Assembly: GCA_045641605.1 (NCBI GenBank)
Contig: JAZUHG010000017.1
Coordinates: 13,711 to 77,710 of the forward strand
Source of the DNA: Phoenicibacter sp.
GTDB lineage: Bacteria; Actinomycetota; Coriobacteriia; Coriobacteriales; Eggerthellaceae
Reading direction: 5' to 3'
Length of the DNA stretch: 64,000 nt
The position numbers and the translations under genes are program-made. This document shows positions 47,824 to 58,608 of the stretch, piece by piece. Every line of letters starts with the position of its first letter. Within the stretch, counting starts at the first letter, position 1. The notes beneath the pieces are model-generated. The model was not told the origin of the DNA. It saw only the letters and a program-made list of their open reading frames with translations, and ran no database searches.

Positions 47824-48494
47824 TGATAATTGCTATTGATGGCCCAAGTGGTTCTGGTAAAAGTTCAGTTAGCGACGAAGTTGCAAAAGTTCTTGGCTTT
47901 TCGCATTTAGACACTGGTGCAATGTTTAGGGCTGTGGCCTACCTTGCACTAAAACAAGGTATTGCATTAGATGACGAAGATAGTCTTGGTAAAGTTGCCA
48001 ACGATGAAAAAATTGTCTTCGAAACCGAAGAAGGAAATCCTGCATATAAAAGCATCACTATGGCAGGCGAGGACATCACAGATAAAATTCGAACCGATGA
48101 AGTAACAAAAGCCGTTACTCCAGTTTGCAAGCACCCTAGAGTGCGATCAGCACTCCTAAATCAACAAAGAGAAATCGGCAAAGCCGGAAATTATATTCTA
48201 GACGGAAGAGATATAGGCACTGTCGTTTTTCCAGATGCAGAGCTTAAAATCTTTTTAACTGCAAGCGCCGAAGAAAGGGCTCAAAGGCGTGTATTGCAAA
48301 ACGAAGAGACAGGCGTTGGCTCAACAGATTACGACGAAGTTTTGGCTGACCTAAATAGAAGAGACGAAGAAGATAGCAACCGAGACGTTGCTCCTTTGAT
48401 GGCTGCCAAAGATGCTATTGTTATTAACTCTACAGCTATGGATAAACAAGAAGTAATTGATGAGATTATCGCATTAGCGAAAGAAAGAATGTAG
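47823..48494 (+). CDS. cmk: Cytidylate kinase
   Basis: 'IIAIDGPSGSGKSSVS', 'LDTGAMFRA', 'DGRDIGTVVFPDAELKIFLTAS'. The ATG overlaps the aroA TAA. Confidence 0.9.
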   Translation: MIIAIDGPSGSGKSSVSDEVAKVLGFSHLDTGAMFRAVAYLALKQGIALDDEDSLGKVANDEKIVFETEEGNPAYKSITMAGEDITDKIRTDEVTKAVTPVCKHPRVRSALLNQQREIGKAGNYILDGRDIGTVVFPDAELKIFLTASAEERAQRRVLQNEETGVGSTDYDEVLADLNRRDEEDSNRDVAPLMAAKDAIVINSTAMDKQEVIDEIIALAKERM

Positions 48495-49282
48495 TGAAAA
48501 CGCCAAAGTTTTGAGATAGAAAATCGCAAGACTTTCCTCATTTATGAGGAAATTTAGTATATTTTATACTTAGACCTATCATGTTAATCTTTAGATTGGG
48601 CCATAAGAACAGAGAAAACTTACGAGCATTTCAAGGAAAAACAGGCGTTGTTGTAATTTCGAATCATACAAGTTTCTTGGATGTTTTTTGTCAATATTTA
48701 TGCATTAGACTAAAGCAATGGCCACGCTTTCTGGCAAGAGGTACTTTGTATAATCATAAAGCTTTAGGTTTTATATTAACAAGATGTGGTGCTATTCCAA
48801 TCAAGCGTGATAGCGCTGATCGGCGAGCGATTAAGCGACCCGCTTCTCTTTTAAAAGAGAAAGAAATAGTTGGAATCATGCCCGAAGGCACTCGACGTGG
48901 CAAGAGTGGACGCAAACCTACTCTGCATGCTGGCGCAGCTTTCGTCGCTCGTATGGGTGGCAATGTTCCAATTTTACCTGCAACTACAATTAATGCAGAG
49001 AAAGTAAAGCAAAAGGGTAAGTTTGTACGCTTCCCAAAGATTACAGTTGCATTCGGAGATCCAATCTTATTAGAAGATTTTGACTTCCTCCCGAAGGAAG
49101 ATCGTCTAGAAGCATGCACTTGATTTGCTATGCGCGAGAGCTTCGCAATGTTCTACGGGCGAAGCCCGGAGGACATTGATATGAAGGAGCTCTTCCCAGA
49201 GACGAAGGATTATTCTGGCGTGTTCGAAGAACACGCCATTCCTCACCATACATCTGAAGAGATTGTAAAAGGTCTTAAATAA
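48494..49282 (+). CDS. plsC: 1-acyl-sn-glycerol-3-phosphate acyltransferase
   Basis: 'VISNHTSFLDV' (HX4D) and 'GIMPEGTRR'. The C-terminus extends past TGA 49121-49123 to TAA 49280-49282. The GTG start at 48494 (overlapping the cmk stop, with 2 further TGA) is tentative; the alternative start is ATG 48581. Confidence 0.7.
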
Positions 49283-50130
49283 TGGAAATTTGCGTAGCAA
49301 AAAATGCAGGTTCGTGCTACGGAGTAACAAGGTCGCTAGACCTTGCTTCTAAAGCTTCTGGAAAATGCGCTACCCTTGGAGAACTTATCCATAACCCTTT
49401 GGTAGTTAAAGATTTAGCGGATAATAATGGATTAGTTAAAGTTGAATCGGTTAAAGAAGCTTTGGATAAAGGAATAGAAAAATTAATTATCCGAAGCCAT
49501 GGGATTTCGTTAGAAATCCTTGATGAACTTAAGAAAACTGATATAGAAATAATTGACGCCACTTGTCCTTATGTTAAGAATGTTGCGAGCTCTGCGAGCT
49601 TACTTGCTGGCTTATATCCAGCAGTGGTTATTATTGGGAAAAAAGGGCATCCTGAGGTCGAGGCTGTTGCTTCGTATGTTCGTGCTGCTGGTTCGAAATG
49701 TTTTGTGGGCGAAGACCACGAAGAAATCGATAAGTTTCTACCAGAAATAATTAAGTTGAACGATTTAATTGGAGTTGTATCCCAAACAACCCAAAGTGTA
49801 GAAGTCTTTCAAGATATCGTAAGATATCTTGAAGAAAAGAAAGTTAAAGTTGAAGTAGAGAATACAATCTGCGTGGCAACCAAAAAACGCCAAGAATCTG
49901 CTGCTGAGCTTGCAAAAGAAGTAGATGCCATGCTGGTTATTGGTGGTCACAATTCTTCAAATACTAATCATCTGGCCGCTTTATGTCGCCAAAATTGCGA
50001 CAAAGTATTTCATATAGAGTCCGAAGAAGAGTTAAACGAAATTGACCTTTCAGGCATCATTAAATTAGGCGTCACAGCTGGCGCTTCAACCCCAAAGTCC
50101 CAGATAGATTCAATCTTAGATCTTTTATAG
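49282..50130 (+). CDS. ispH: 4-hydroxy-3-methylbut-2-enyl diphosphate reductase
   Basis: 'NAGSCYGVTRS', 'ELIHNP', 'DATCPYV', 'ENTICVATKKRQ', 'VIGGHNSSNTNHL'. Confidence 0.9.
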   Translation: MEICVAKNAGSCYGVTRSLDLASKASGKCATLGELIHNPLVVKDLADNNGLVKVESVKEALDKGIEKLIIRSHGISLEILDELKKTDIEIIDATCPYVKNVASSASLLAGLYPAVVIIGKKGHPEVEAVASYVRAAGSKCFVGEDHEEIDKFLPEIIKLNDLIGVVSQTTQSVEVFQDIVRYLEEKKVKVEVENTICVATKKRQESAAELAKEVDAMLVIGGHNSSNTNHLAALCRQNCDKVFHIESEEELNEIDLSGIIKLGVTAGASTPKSQIDSILDLL

Positions 50131-50166
50131 TATTGTAAAAATATGAGGTGTCGACTCATAAGGGAG

Positions 50167-50275
50167 AGATTTCGAATGGGGTATTTTGAAACCCCTGCAG
50201 CGTCATGCGCTTGCTGGCAGCTTGCCTGCACTTTGGCATTCCGCGAAGCCGTTGAAAAATACCCATTCGAAATCT
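50167..50275 (+). other. GC-rich structured element (candidate ncRNA or regulatory RNA), strand uncertain
   Basis: agatttcgaatggggtatttt (50167-50187) pairs with aaaatacccattcgaaatct (50256-50275), about 20 bp with one bulge. The helix encloses a roughly 65% GC core (39 G/C in the 60 nt I counted by hand) in an otherwise AT-rich intergenic region. Confidence 0.3.
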
Positions 50276-50348
50276 AGGTGCTTGCGCCCACATTTGTAGT
50301 ATAATTCCCAGCTTACCACACGATTTGAACTAAATTGGAGGGGTAAAT

Positions 50349-51812
50349 ATGAAGCATTTGAATGCATGGACAACTTACTCTAATAAAGACGTAGACAATG
50401 TAATGAAGTTTGCGGAAGAGTACAGGCAGTTTATTAGTGATTACAAGACTGCTCGTGAGTTTAGCTATGGCACTGTACAAATAGCTGAAAAGCAGGGCTT
50501 TAAACGCTTGGAGAAGCTCGTAGAGAAGGGTACTAAGTTAAAGCCAGGCGATAAAGTGTATTCGCAAATCCAAGATAGATACACCATTATGGCTGTTATT
50601 GGTAAGAAGCCTATGGATAAGTATGGTTTGAATATTTTGGGTGCTCATATTGATAGCCCAAGGATTGATATTAAGCAAAATCCAATTTATCAAAGCGATG
50701 GAATGGTAATGTTTGATACTCACTATTATGGTGGTATTAGCCTTTATTTGTGGGTTGATGTGCCTATGTCGCTTCATGGTATTGTTTGCAAAAAAGATGG
50801 TAGCAAGGTAACTATTAATATTGGCGAAAAGCCTGGCGAGCCAGTATTTTTTATAAATGATTTGTTAATCCATTTGAATCATAAAGAGCAAGATAAGCCA
50901 GTTAAGGATTTTATTGATCCAGAGAAGATGGATCTTTTGGTTGGTAGTAGACCATTGGTTAATGGTGATTATAAACATTCGAAGAAATACGATGGCATTG
51001 TTGATAAGGATGCTGTTGTTGACCCAAGGTCAAGTGTGAGTGAGCCAGGCAACCAGGCTATTACTCAATATATCTTGAAATTATTGTATGACGAATACGG
51101 AATTCAAGAGTTGGATTTAGAGTCTGCTGAGTTGGAAGCTGTACCTATTGGTCCAGCTAGAGATTGTGGCTTCGATAAAAGCATGTTAATGGGCTATGGG
51201 CATGATGATAGCGCTTGTGCGTATCCTTCGGCGCGTGCATTGTTTGATATTGAAAAGCCAGATAAGACTTGCTTGTGCGTATTGGTCGACAAAGAAGAAG
51301 TGGGAAGCCTTGGCGCTACAAGTATGGAAAGTAGATTTTTTGAGAATACCATTGCTGAAATCATGGAGCTTTGTGGCTTGCATGGAATGTTGAAGTTGAG
51401 GAGAGCCATGAGCGCGTCTTGGATGATTTCTAGTGATGTATCTGCTGCAGTTGACCCTAATTTCCATGATAAATTTGAGATGAAGAACTCGTGTTTTTTG
51501 GGCGATGGCTTCGTATTTAATAAATATGGCGGAAGTCAGGGCAAGAAGAGTAGCAACGATGCGCCTCCAGAGTTTATGGCTAAGTTGCGCAAGATTTGTG
51601 ATGACAATGATGTTATTTTCCAATCTGCCGAGCTAGGTAAAGTTGGTGTTGGTGGCGGCGGAACAATTGCTGCAATTCCTGCTAATTATGGAATGAATGT
51701 TATTGATGCTGGTGTGGCTGTTCTTAGCATGCATGGGCCATGGGAAGTTGTAAGCAAAGCTGATCTTTATGAAGCATATAAGGGTTATGTTGCTTTCTAT
51801 AAAGATTGTTAG
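50349..51812 (+). CDS. M18-family aminopeptidase
   Basis: 'LGAHIDSPRIDIKQNP', 'GYGHDDSACAY', 'VDKEEVGSLGATS', 'SMHGPWEV' match the M18 (aspartyl aminopeptidase/ApeA-like) pattern. GGAGGGG SD. Confidence 0.85.
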   Translation: MKHLNAWTTYSNKDVDNVMKFAEEYRQFISDYKTAREFSYGTVQIAEKQGFKRLEKLVEKGTKLKPGDKVYSQIQDRYTIMAVIGKKPMDKYGLNILGAHIDSPRIDIKQNPIYQSDGMVMFDTHYYGGISLYLWVDVPMSLHGIVCKKDGSKVTINIGEKPGEPVFFINDLLIHLNHKEQDKPVKDFIDPEKMDLLVGSRPLVNGDYKHSKKYDGIVDKDAVVDPRSSVSEPGNQAITQYILKLLYDEYGIQELDLESAELEAVPIGPARDCGFDKSMLMGYGHDDSACAYPSARALFDIEKPDKTCLCVLVDKEEVGSLGATSMESRFFENTIAEIMELCGLHGMLKLRRAMSASWMISSDVSAAVDPNFHDKFEMKNSCFLGDGFVFNKYGGSQGKKSSNDAPPEFMAKLRKICDDNDVIFQSAELGKVGVGGGGTIAAIPANYGMNVIDAGVAVLSMHGPWEVVSKADLYEAYKGYVAFYKDC

Positions 51813-51824
51813 TTTGAGGGGATA

Positions 51825-53105
51825 ATGGATAAAGTAATAATCGTTGAATGTATTTCTACAAGTATGCACTACGTTCACGATTTGCGTGAGCGAGGGCTTG
51901 AGCCTGTTATTCTTGAGACTTACAATGATGATGGTGGTAAGGAAGAAGCCAGGCGTCAGGCTAATTATGTCCATATGGAAAAGCCTTTGCCTCGTCGTAT
52001 TCAAGCGTTTCCAAACTACGAAGACACCTTAAAGCTTGTCAAAGCTGAAAATCCTATTCTTGTTTTACCTGGATCTGAAATGTCTGTCGAGTTGGCAACA
52101 AGTCTTGCTTATGATCTTGGTTTAAAGAGTAATGACAAAAAGAATTTACCTCAAATGACTCGTAAGTCAGAGATGCATGAAGCTTGCAAGCGTGCGGGTC
52201 TTCGATACATTCGTGGACAGATGGTTGCAAATGCCGAAGAAGCACTGACATTTTGGGAGAGCATCGGTAAAAAGGATGTTGTTATTAAGCCAACTCATAG
52301 TGCTGGTGCTGTTAGCGTCCATATTTGCGATAACGAAGAGCAAATCAAAAATGGGGTCAATAACATTGTGGGCAAGCTTGATATGTTTGGCGAGCCAAAT
52401 GATAAAGCTCTTATTCAAGAGAGAATCAACGGGACTGAATATATTGTAAATACGATTAGCCGCGAAGGCGAAAGCTATGTTAGTGCTGTTTACAAATATA
52501 AGAAGCGTCCAATTCCTGGTGGTTCGATGCTTTATGACATTAATGAAAACTTAATGGATAATGAAATTACTCTTGAGGTTCAAGAGATAATGGAATATGC
52601 TCAAAATGTTGTAAAAGCTATTGGAATTGACTATGGGCCTGTTCATGGTGAGTATATGCTTGATGAAGAAGGTCCAGTTTTAATGGAAGTCAATTGTCGA
52701 ATTTGCGGTGGCGATATGACTAAGGAATTTTTAGACATAATGTTTGGCCATCATGAAACAGACAGAAGTCTTGAGGCCTATTTTGACGCAGATAAATTTA
52801 AGCAACGTGTAAAAGAAGGCTATAAAACCACAGGTAAGGGCTACTTTAAGCTTCTTCGTATTTTGGAAGATATTGATATTGTCGATGCTCCAATTTGCAG
52901 AATTGCCGAAAGCCTACCTTCCTTTATTTCATATGTTGGAATTGAGCCAAATAAAAAAATGCATTTGCCAAAGACTATTAATTTATATACAAATGGTGGT
53001 AAATTTTCTTTTGCGAGTCACGATGCAGCTCAAGCAAAGCATGATTGTGATGAGATTGATCGCATCGAGCGTGAAGATTATGATTCAATGTGGACTCTTG
53101 CATAA
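51825..53105 (+). CDS. ATP-grasp domain protein (L-amino-acid-ligase-like), unknown substrate
   Basis: 'VVIKPTHSAGAVSVHIC', 'ALIQERINGTEYIVNT', 'GPVHGEYMLDEEGPVLMEVNCRICGG' give the ATP-grasp ATP-binding and catalytic loops. No closer assignment is possible by eye. Confidence 0.7.
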   Translation: MDKVIIVECISTSMHYVHDLRERGLEPVILETYNDDGGKEEARRQANYVHMEKPLPRRIQAFPNYEDTLKLVKAENPILVLPGSEMSVELATSLAYDLGLKSNDKKNLPQMTRKSEMHEACKRAGLRYIRGQMVANAEEALTFWESIGKKDVVIKPTHSAGAVSVHICDNEEQIKNGVNNIVGKLDMFGEPNDKALIQERINGTEYIVNTISREGESYVSAVYKYKKRPIPGGSMLYDINENLMDNEITLEVQEIMEYAQNVVKAIGIDYGPVHGEYMLDEEGPVLMEVNCRICGGDMTKEFLDIMFGHHETDRSLEAYFDADKFKQRVKEGYKTTGKGYFKLLRILEDIDIVDAPICRIAESLPSFISYVGIEPNKKMHLPKTINLYTNGGKFSFASHDAAQAKHDCDEIDRIEREDYDSMWTLA

Positions 53106-53485
53106 TGGATATAATCTGTGAAATAAAATCCATTGTAGTTATGGGAAACCAGATGGGCCGCACTGTTGGCATGCCAACTGCTAATTTCGATTCAACTAAT
53201 ATCCAAGTTGAACTCCCCGAAGACGGGGTCTATGGTTCTTTAGTTACTTTGTCAGATGGGCAAGAAAAGTATGGTGTGACTAACATTGGGACCAAGCCTT
53301 CGGTAGATGATTCTGGTAAACATAATGTTGAAACTCATATCCTCGATTTTGACGGGGATTTATATGGTCAAGAATTGTCCGTTCGTATTGTCAAGCGAAT
53401 TAGAGATATTCAAAAATTTAATTCCCTCGAAGAGGTCAAAAAGCAGGTCGATTTAGATAAAACCTGAATTGATCAATTAAATTAA
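53105..53485 (+). CDS. Monofunctional riboflavin kinase domain protein
   Basis: 'GNQMGRTVGMPTANF', 'YGVTNIGTKPS', 'ETHILDFDGDLYGQ...RIRDIQKFNSLEE'. No FAD-synthetase domain. The ATG overlaps the ATP-grasp TAA. The apparent TGA stop (53465-53467) is read through to TAA 53483-53485. Confidence 0.75.
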
Positions 53486-53561
53486 ATTCAGTCTTAAATT
53501 TTTGTGCTAAAATCAAATTAGTTTTAAGAAACGAAGTAGAGTATTAAGTAAGGTGATATGT

Positions 53562-56500
53562 ATGGATGGCTCGCCATTGCTGGCGAAGATGCTTGAAGCT
53601 AGAGGCATCACACAACCAGATCAAATAGAAAAATATCTGCATCCTGACCTGGAGAGGGACTGGACAAATCCTCTTGAGCTAAAAGGTATGGAAAAGCTTC
53701 TTAATGTTGTTGAGGCCGCCATGAAAGATGGCAAGAGAATTTTGATTTATGGCGACTACGACATTGATGGTATTAGTGCAACTTGCGTTATGATGCGTGG
53801 GCTTCGCGCGATTGATAAACATATCAACTCTGGGATGCAAGTTGATTATTTCTTGCCAAGCCGCTTTGAGGAGGGTTATGGCATTACTGAAAAAAGCCTT
53901 GAGAGGTTACTCAAACTTGAGTCTTTGCCTGAGCTTATCATTACTGTTGATTGTGGTGTGACTGCTGCCAAAGAAATAAAGACCTTGCAGGATCATGGCA
54001 TTGATGTTGTTGTTACTGACCACCATGAAAAAAGTGAGAACATGCCTACCGAAGTCCCATTGGTTGACCCGAAGGCCGAAGACAAGGAAAATCCAAATTC
54101 AATTTTGGCTGGTGTAAGTGTGGCATTGAAATTTATTCAAGCGCTTGGTGGGCGCTTGGGCTTGCCCCATGTTTGAATGGATTATATTGATTTGGCTACC
54201 TTGGGCACTTTGGGTGACATTATGCCCTTGGTTGATCAAAACAGGTCATTGGTTCACGAAGGCTTGGCGTTAATAAATAAAAACCCTCGTCCTGCATTAA
54301 GAGCAATTTTAGATGTTGCAGGAAGGAAGGCCGGGGAGCTTCGGAGCACTGATATCAGTTATGTAATTACCCCAAGGCTAAATGCTGCTGGCAGGATGGA
54401 TAAGGCAAGCTTGGCTGTGAACCTTTTAATGTGTGATGATTATGCCCAAGCTTATAACTTGGCAATTGAACTTGAGTCCTTCAACAATCAAAGGCGTGAG
54501 ATAACTGCTCAAATTATAGAAGAGGCAAATTATAGAGCTAAAAAGATAATGGAAAACAGCCCTGAGGCAAGGTCTTTGGTTCTTTGCGACAAGTCTTGGC
54601 ACCCTGGCGTTTTGGGTATTGTAGCTGCTAAAATTGCTGAGATTTACAAAGTGCCCAGCATTGTCATGACCATTAAAGATGGACTTGCTCATGGAAGTGG
54701 CCGAAGTGTTGGCGATGTTGACTTGCATAATGCATGCATGAGTAGTTTTGATAAATTTGAAAAGTTTGGTGGACATAAAGGTGCTTGCGGTTTAACTATA
54801 AAAGAAAGTGACATCCAGGACTTCGGTGAAAAGCTCGATAAGTTTTTACAAACTCTAAATAAAAGTGAGTTCCAAGAGTCTGTTTCCGCGGATCTTGAGG
54901 TGGGGCTTCATGAATTAATTGTCGAAGACGTGGAGGCTCTTGATGCGATGGAACCTTTTGGTAATAAGAACGAAGAACCTTGTTTTGTCACTAAGAATGT
55001 TTTTATTAAGAGAGCTAGGGCTGTTGGTCAAAATCATAATCACCTTTCTTGCAATATTACAGATGGTGCTTACGGTGGCCAGGGGATAATGTTTAATGTA
55101 GAGGATGTTAATAAATATCTTACTTGCGATGGCACGGTTTTTGTTGCCTATGTTCCAAAGGTTGAGGAATTTCAAGGGCATAAAAATGTAAAAATGCATA
55201 TTAAAACAATTTTACCAAGTGATGTATTTTCTGCTTCCGGCAGTCAGAATTCCGAATATATAAATCAGCTCTTCGAAAATGTCAAATTTAGAAATGTTAA
55301 GCATAAAAGTGTTGGAGACTTTATTAAGAATTCTGTTTTTGAGCTAAATGCTGACATAATCGATAAGAATATTGAACGTGATGGGCTTGCTGAAGTCATA
55401 AATAACAAGGATAGTTTTGCTAATCTTGACGACGAAAAAATTTATGACGAAATTATTAAGGCTATGATCGGCGAAGACGGCAAACTTCATGAATCGCAAA
55501 ATGAAAGCTTGAAGCTTTTAGAAAAAGGTAAGTCTGTTTTGTCTGTCATGCCAACAGGTAGAGGTAAAAGTTTAATTTTCCAAACCTTCGCTTCAAAACT
55601 CGCTCTTAAAGATAAGAAGATGAGTATTTTTATTTACCCGCTTCGTGCTTTGATTAGCGACCAAGCCTTTCATCTTCAAAAGAATCTCGAAAAATTTGGG
55701 CTTAATATTCAAGTTCTTAATGGCGAGACTCCCAACGAAGATCGCGAAAAGATTTATGAGAGTATGAAAAATAAACAAGTTGATATTATGCTCACCACAC
55801 CGGAGTTTCTTGCTATTCATATGGACAAAATTGCACAATGTGGTGATGTTTCCTTCGTCGTTGTGGATGAGGCACACCATTTGGGTCAAGTTAAGATAGG
55901 CGAACGAAGTGCTTATGGCCATATGCATAAGATTTTAGAAAAGCTGGGAAATCCGCAAGTTTTGGCTCTTAGTGCTACTGTTAGCGACGATGTTTGCAAT
56001 GAAATCCAAAAGTTTTTGCCAATCGATGAGATTGTAAAAGATAATTTTGAGCGTGAAAACTTATATGTTGATGACAGAAGAAACATTAAGTGCCGTGATG
56101 ATTATTTGGTATCGCTTTGCGCCAGTGGAGAAAAGATTGTTATTTATGTTAACTCCCGCCAGCAAACAGTGGATCTTGCAAGGGTGATTAAAAGCAGGGC
56201 CCCGCATATTGCTATGCAAGTTGCTTTTTACAATGCAGGAATGAGCAAGGATGACAGAAAGAAGATTGAGACTTTATTTAGAGATAATGAACTAAGTGTG
56301 CTGGTTGCGACTTCGGCTTTCGGCGAAGGTGTGAACATTCCTGACATTCGGCATGTTTGTTTGTACCATCTACCTTTTAGTAATATTGAATTTAATCAAA
56401 TGGCCGGTAGGTGCGGGCGCGACAACAAACCTGCGATCATTCACTTGCTTTACAACAGAGCTGACGCAACAATTAATACTCAAATTTTGGAATCCTCTAA

Positions 56501-56897
56501 CCCAGGGCGTGATAGTTTGGCCAAGATTTATATGTGAATTAAGACAACTTGTGAAAACTTCAACGGTTCTTTTGAAATATGTCATGACCAATTGATGGAA
56601 ATGTATGAACATTCTACAATTCCTGCTGCTCCGGGTGCTGTTTTATGCGCTTTAGATATCTTTGGTGAATTAGGGATAATAAATGTTGAAACTCTTGTAC
56701 GTGAAGCTAAAACTTATAGTAAAATTGCGCTTGTTGATATGTCAAGCAAAGTTGAATTAGATAATAGCTCGCGTTTTTGTGAAGGGCAAAACGAAGTCAA
56801 TAACTTCGAAGCTTACCGTCACACAGCAATGCGAAGAACTGCACAAGATTTAACTAAATTGTTAAGACATCCAATTTTACCAAGTGAATTAGGTTAA
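53562..56897 (+). CDS. recJ: Fusion of RecJ single-stranded-DNA exonuclease with a RecQ-like SF2 helicase module
   Basis: One frame across 2 TGA (54174-54176, 56535-56537). DHH '[13 protein letters not shown]', 'VVTDHH', 'GTLGDIMPL', and DHHA1 'GGHKGACG'. Then helicase motifs '[12 protein letters not shown]', 'VVDEAHHL', 'LALSATV', '[15 protein letters not shown]', 'QMAGRCGRD'. Start (ATG 53562 versus GTG 53553) is uncertain. Confidence 0.8.
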
Positions 56898-56907
56898 GGA
56901 AGGTATT

Positions 56908-58608
56908 ATGAAATCTGATATTGAAATCGCCCAAGAAACCCCGATGAATGACATTCGTGATGTTGCTAAAGAAGCTGGCATTCCTGAGGAATCGCTTGAG
57001 CTTTATGGTAATTACAAAGCGAAGATTAACATTCATGACATTAAAACCGACAAAAAAGGCAAGTTAATTCTTGTTACTGCCCTTACTCCAACTCCTGCTG
57101 GGGAAGGAAAGACAACTATTTCTGTTGGTTTGGCCGATGCCATGAGAGCTTATCTTGATGGGTCGGATAAAAATGTAATTTTGGCACTTCGTGAACCTTC
57201 GCTTGGCCCTGTCTTCGGTATTAAAGGTGGTGCTGCTGGTGGCGGCCATAGCCAGGTAGTTCCTATGGAGGATATTAACCTTCACTTTACTGGCGATTTT
57301 CATGCTATTGGTGCTGCTAACAACCTACTTGCTGCAATGCTGGACAATCACATCCAGCAAGGTAATGACCTGGGCATCGATCCAAAAAGCATTACTTGGA
57401 GACGTGCTGTGGATATGAATGACAGACAGCTTCGAAATATTGTTGATGGTCTGGGTGGAAAGATGCAAGGGGTTCCTCGCGAAGATGGCTTTGACATCAC
57501 AGTTGCTAGCGAGATTATGGCAGTATTTTGCTTGGCAACAGACCTCGTTGACCTAAAGAAACGTCTTGGTAACATTGTTGTTGGTTACACTTACGATGGC
57601 AAGCCTGTTAGTGCCTCGGACTTAAAAGCTCAAGGTGCTATGACCGCGCTTTTGAAGGATGCCATTAAACCTAACTTGGTACAAACACTTGAGCATACTC
57701 CTGCTTTGGTTCATGGTGGTCCTTTTGCAAATATTGCTCATGGATGCAACAGTGTTATTGCCACAAAAACTGCTACTAAGCTTGCCGATTATGTTGTTAC
57801 AGAGGCTGGCTTTGGTGCTGATCTTGGTGCGGAGAAATTCTTGGATATTAAATGCAGGATGAGTGGCTTGAAGCCTTCGGCGGTTGTTATGGTTGCAACT
57901 GTTCGTGCGCTAAAGCTTCATGGTGGCGCTGCAGCAGGCATGAAAGCTGCCGAGATGAAAGAAGAGCTTAAGAAAGAAGATCTCAAAGCCCTTGAGGCTG
58001 GCTTTCCAAACCTTCTTCAACACGTTAAAAACATCGAAGAGGTTTATAAGCTTCCATGCTTGTCTGTTATTAATGTTTTCCCAACAGATACAGACAAAGA
58101 AATTGATTTACTTTACAAATTATGTGCTGATGCAGGCATTAATGTTCAAGTATCTCACACTTGCATGAACGGCTCAAAAGGTTCCGAAGACCTAGCAAAA
58201 GCTGCTATTGATATGTGCGAGCAAGACAGTTCTAAATTTAGCTTTTCTTATGACCTTGATAAAGGAATTGCCGAGAAATTAAATGATCTTGCTACAAAGA
58301 TTTATCATGCTGATGGTGTTGAGTTTGTTGGAAACGCTGTTAAACAGCTTCCTGTTTTGGAAAAGCAAGGTTTTGGTAAGCTTCCAATTTGTGTAGCGAA
58401 GACACAATACAGTTTTTCCGACGACCCAAACAAGCGTGGGGTTCCAAAAGATTTCAAAATTACAGTTAGAAACCTTAAACTTGCTGCTGGTTCTGGCTTT
58501 ATTGTTGCATTGACGGGTGAGATTATGACAATGCCTGGTCTTCCTAAAGTTCCTGCAGCTGAGAAAATAGATGTTGATGAAAAGGGTGTAATTTCGGGAT
58601 TGTTCTAA
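56908..58608 (+). CDS. fhs: Formate--tetrahydrofolate ligase
   Basis: '[11 protein letters not shown]', '[18 protein letters not shown]', '[14 protein letters not shown]', '[15 protein letters not shown]'. Confidence 0.95.
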   Translation: MKSDIEIAQETPMNDIRDVAKEAGIPEESLELYGNYKAKINIHDIKTDKKGKLILVTALTPTPAGEGKTTISVGLADAMRAYLDGSDKNVILALREPSLGPVFGIKGGAAGGGHSQVVPMEDINLHFTGDFHAIGAANNLLAAMLDNHIQQGNDLGIDPKSITWRRAVDMNDRQLRNIVDGLGGKMQGVPREDGFDITVASEIMAVFCLATDLVDLKKRLGNIVVGYTYDGKPVSASDLKAQGAMTALLKDAIKPNLVQTLEHTPALVHGGPFANIAHGCNSVIATKTATKLADYVVTEAGFGADLGAEKFLDIKCRMSGLKPSAVVMVATVRALKLHGGAAAGMKAAEMKEELKKEDLKALEAGFPNLLQHVKNIEEVYKLPCLSVINVFPTDTDKEIDLLYKLCADAGINVQVSHTCMNGSKGSEDLAKAAIDMCEQDSSKFSFSYDLDKGIAEKLNDLATKIYHADGVEFVGNAVKQLPVLEKQGFGKLPICVAKTQYSFSDDPNKRGVPKDFKITVRNLKLAAGSGFIVALTGEIMTMPGLPKVPAAEKIDVDEKGVISGLF

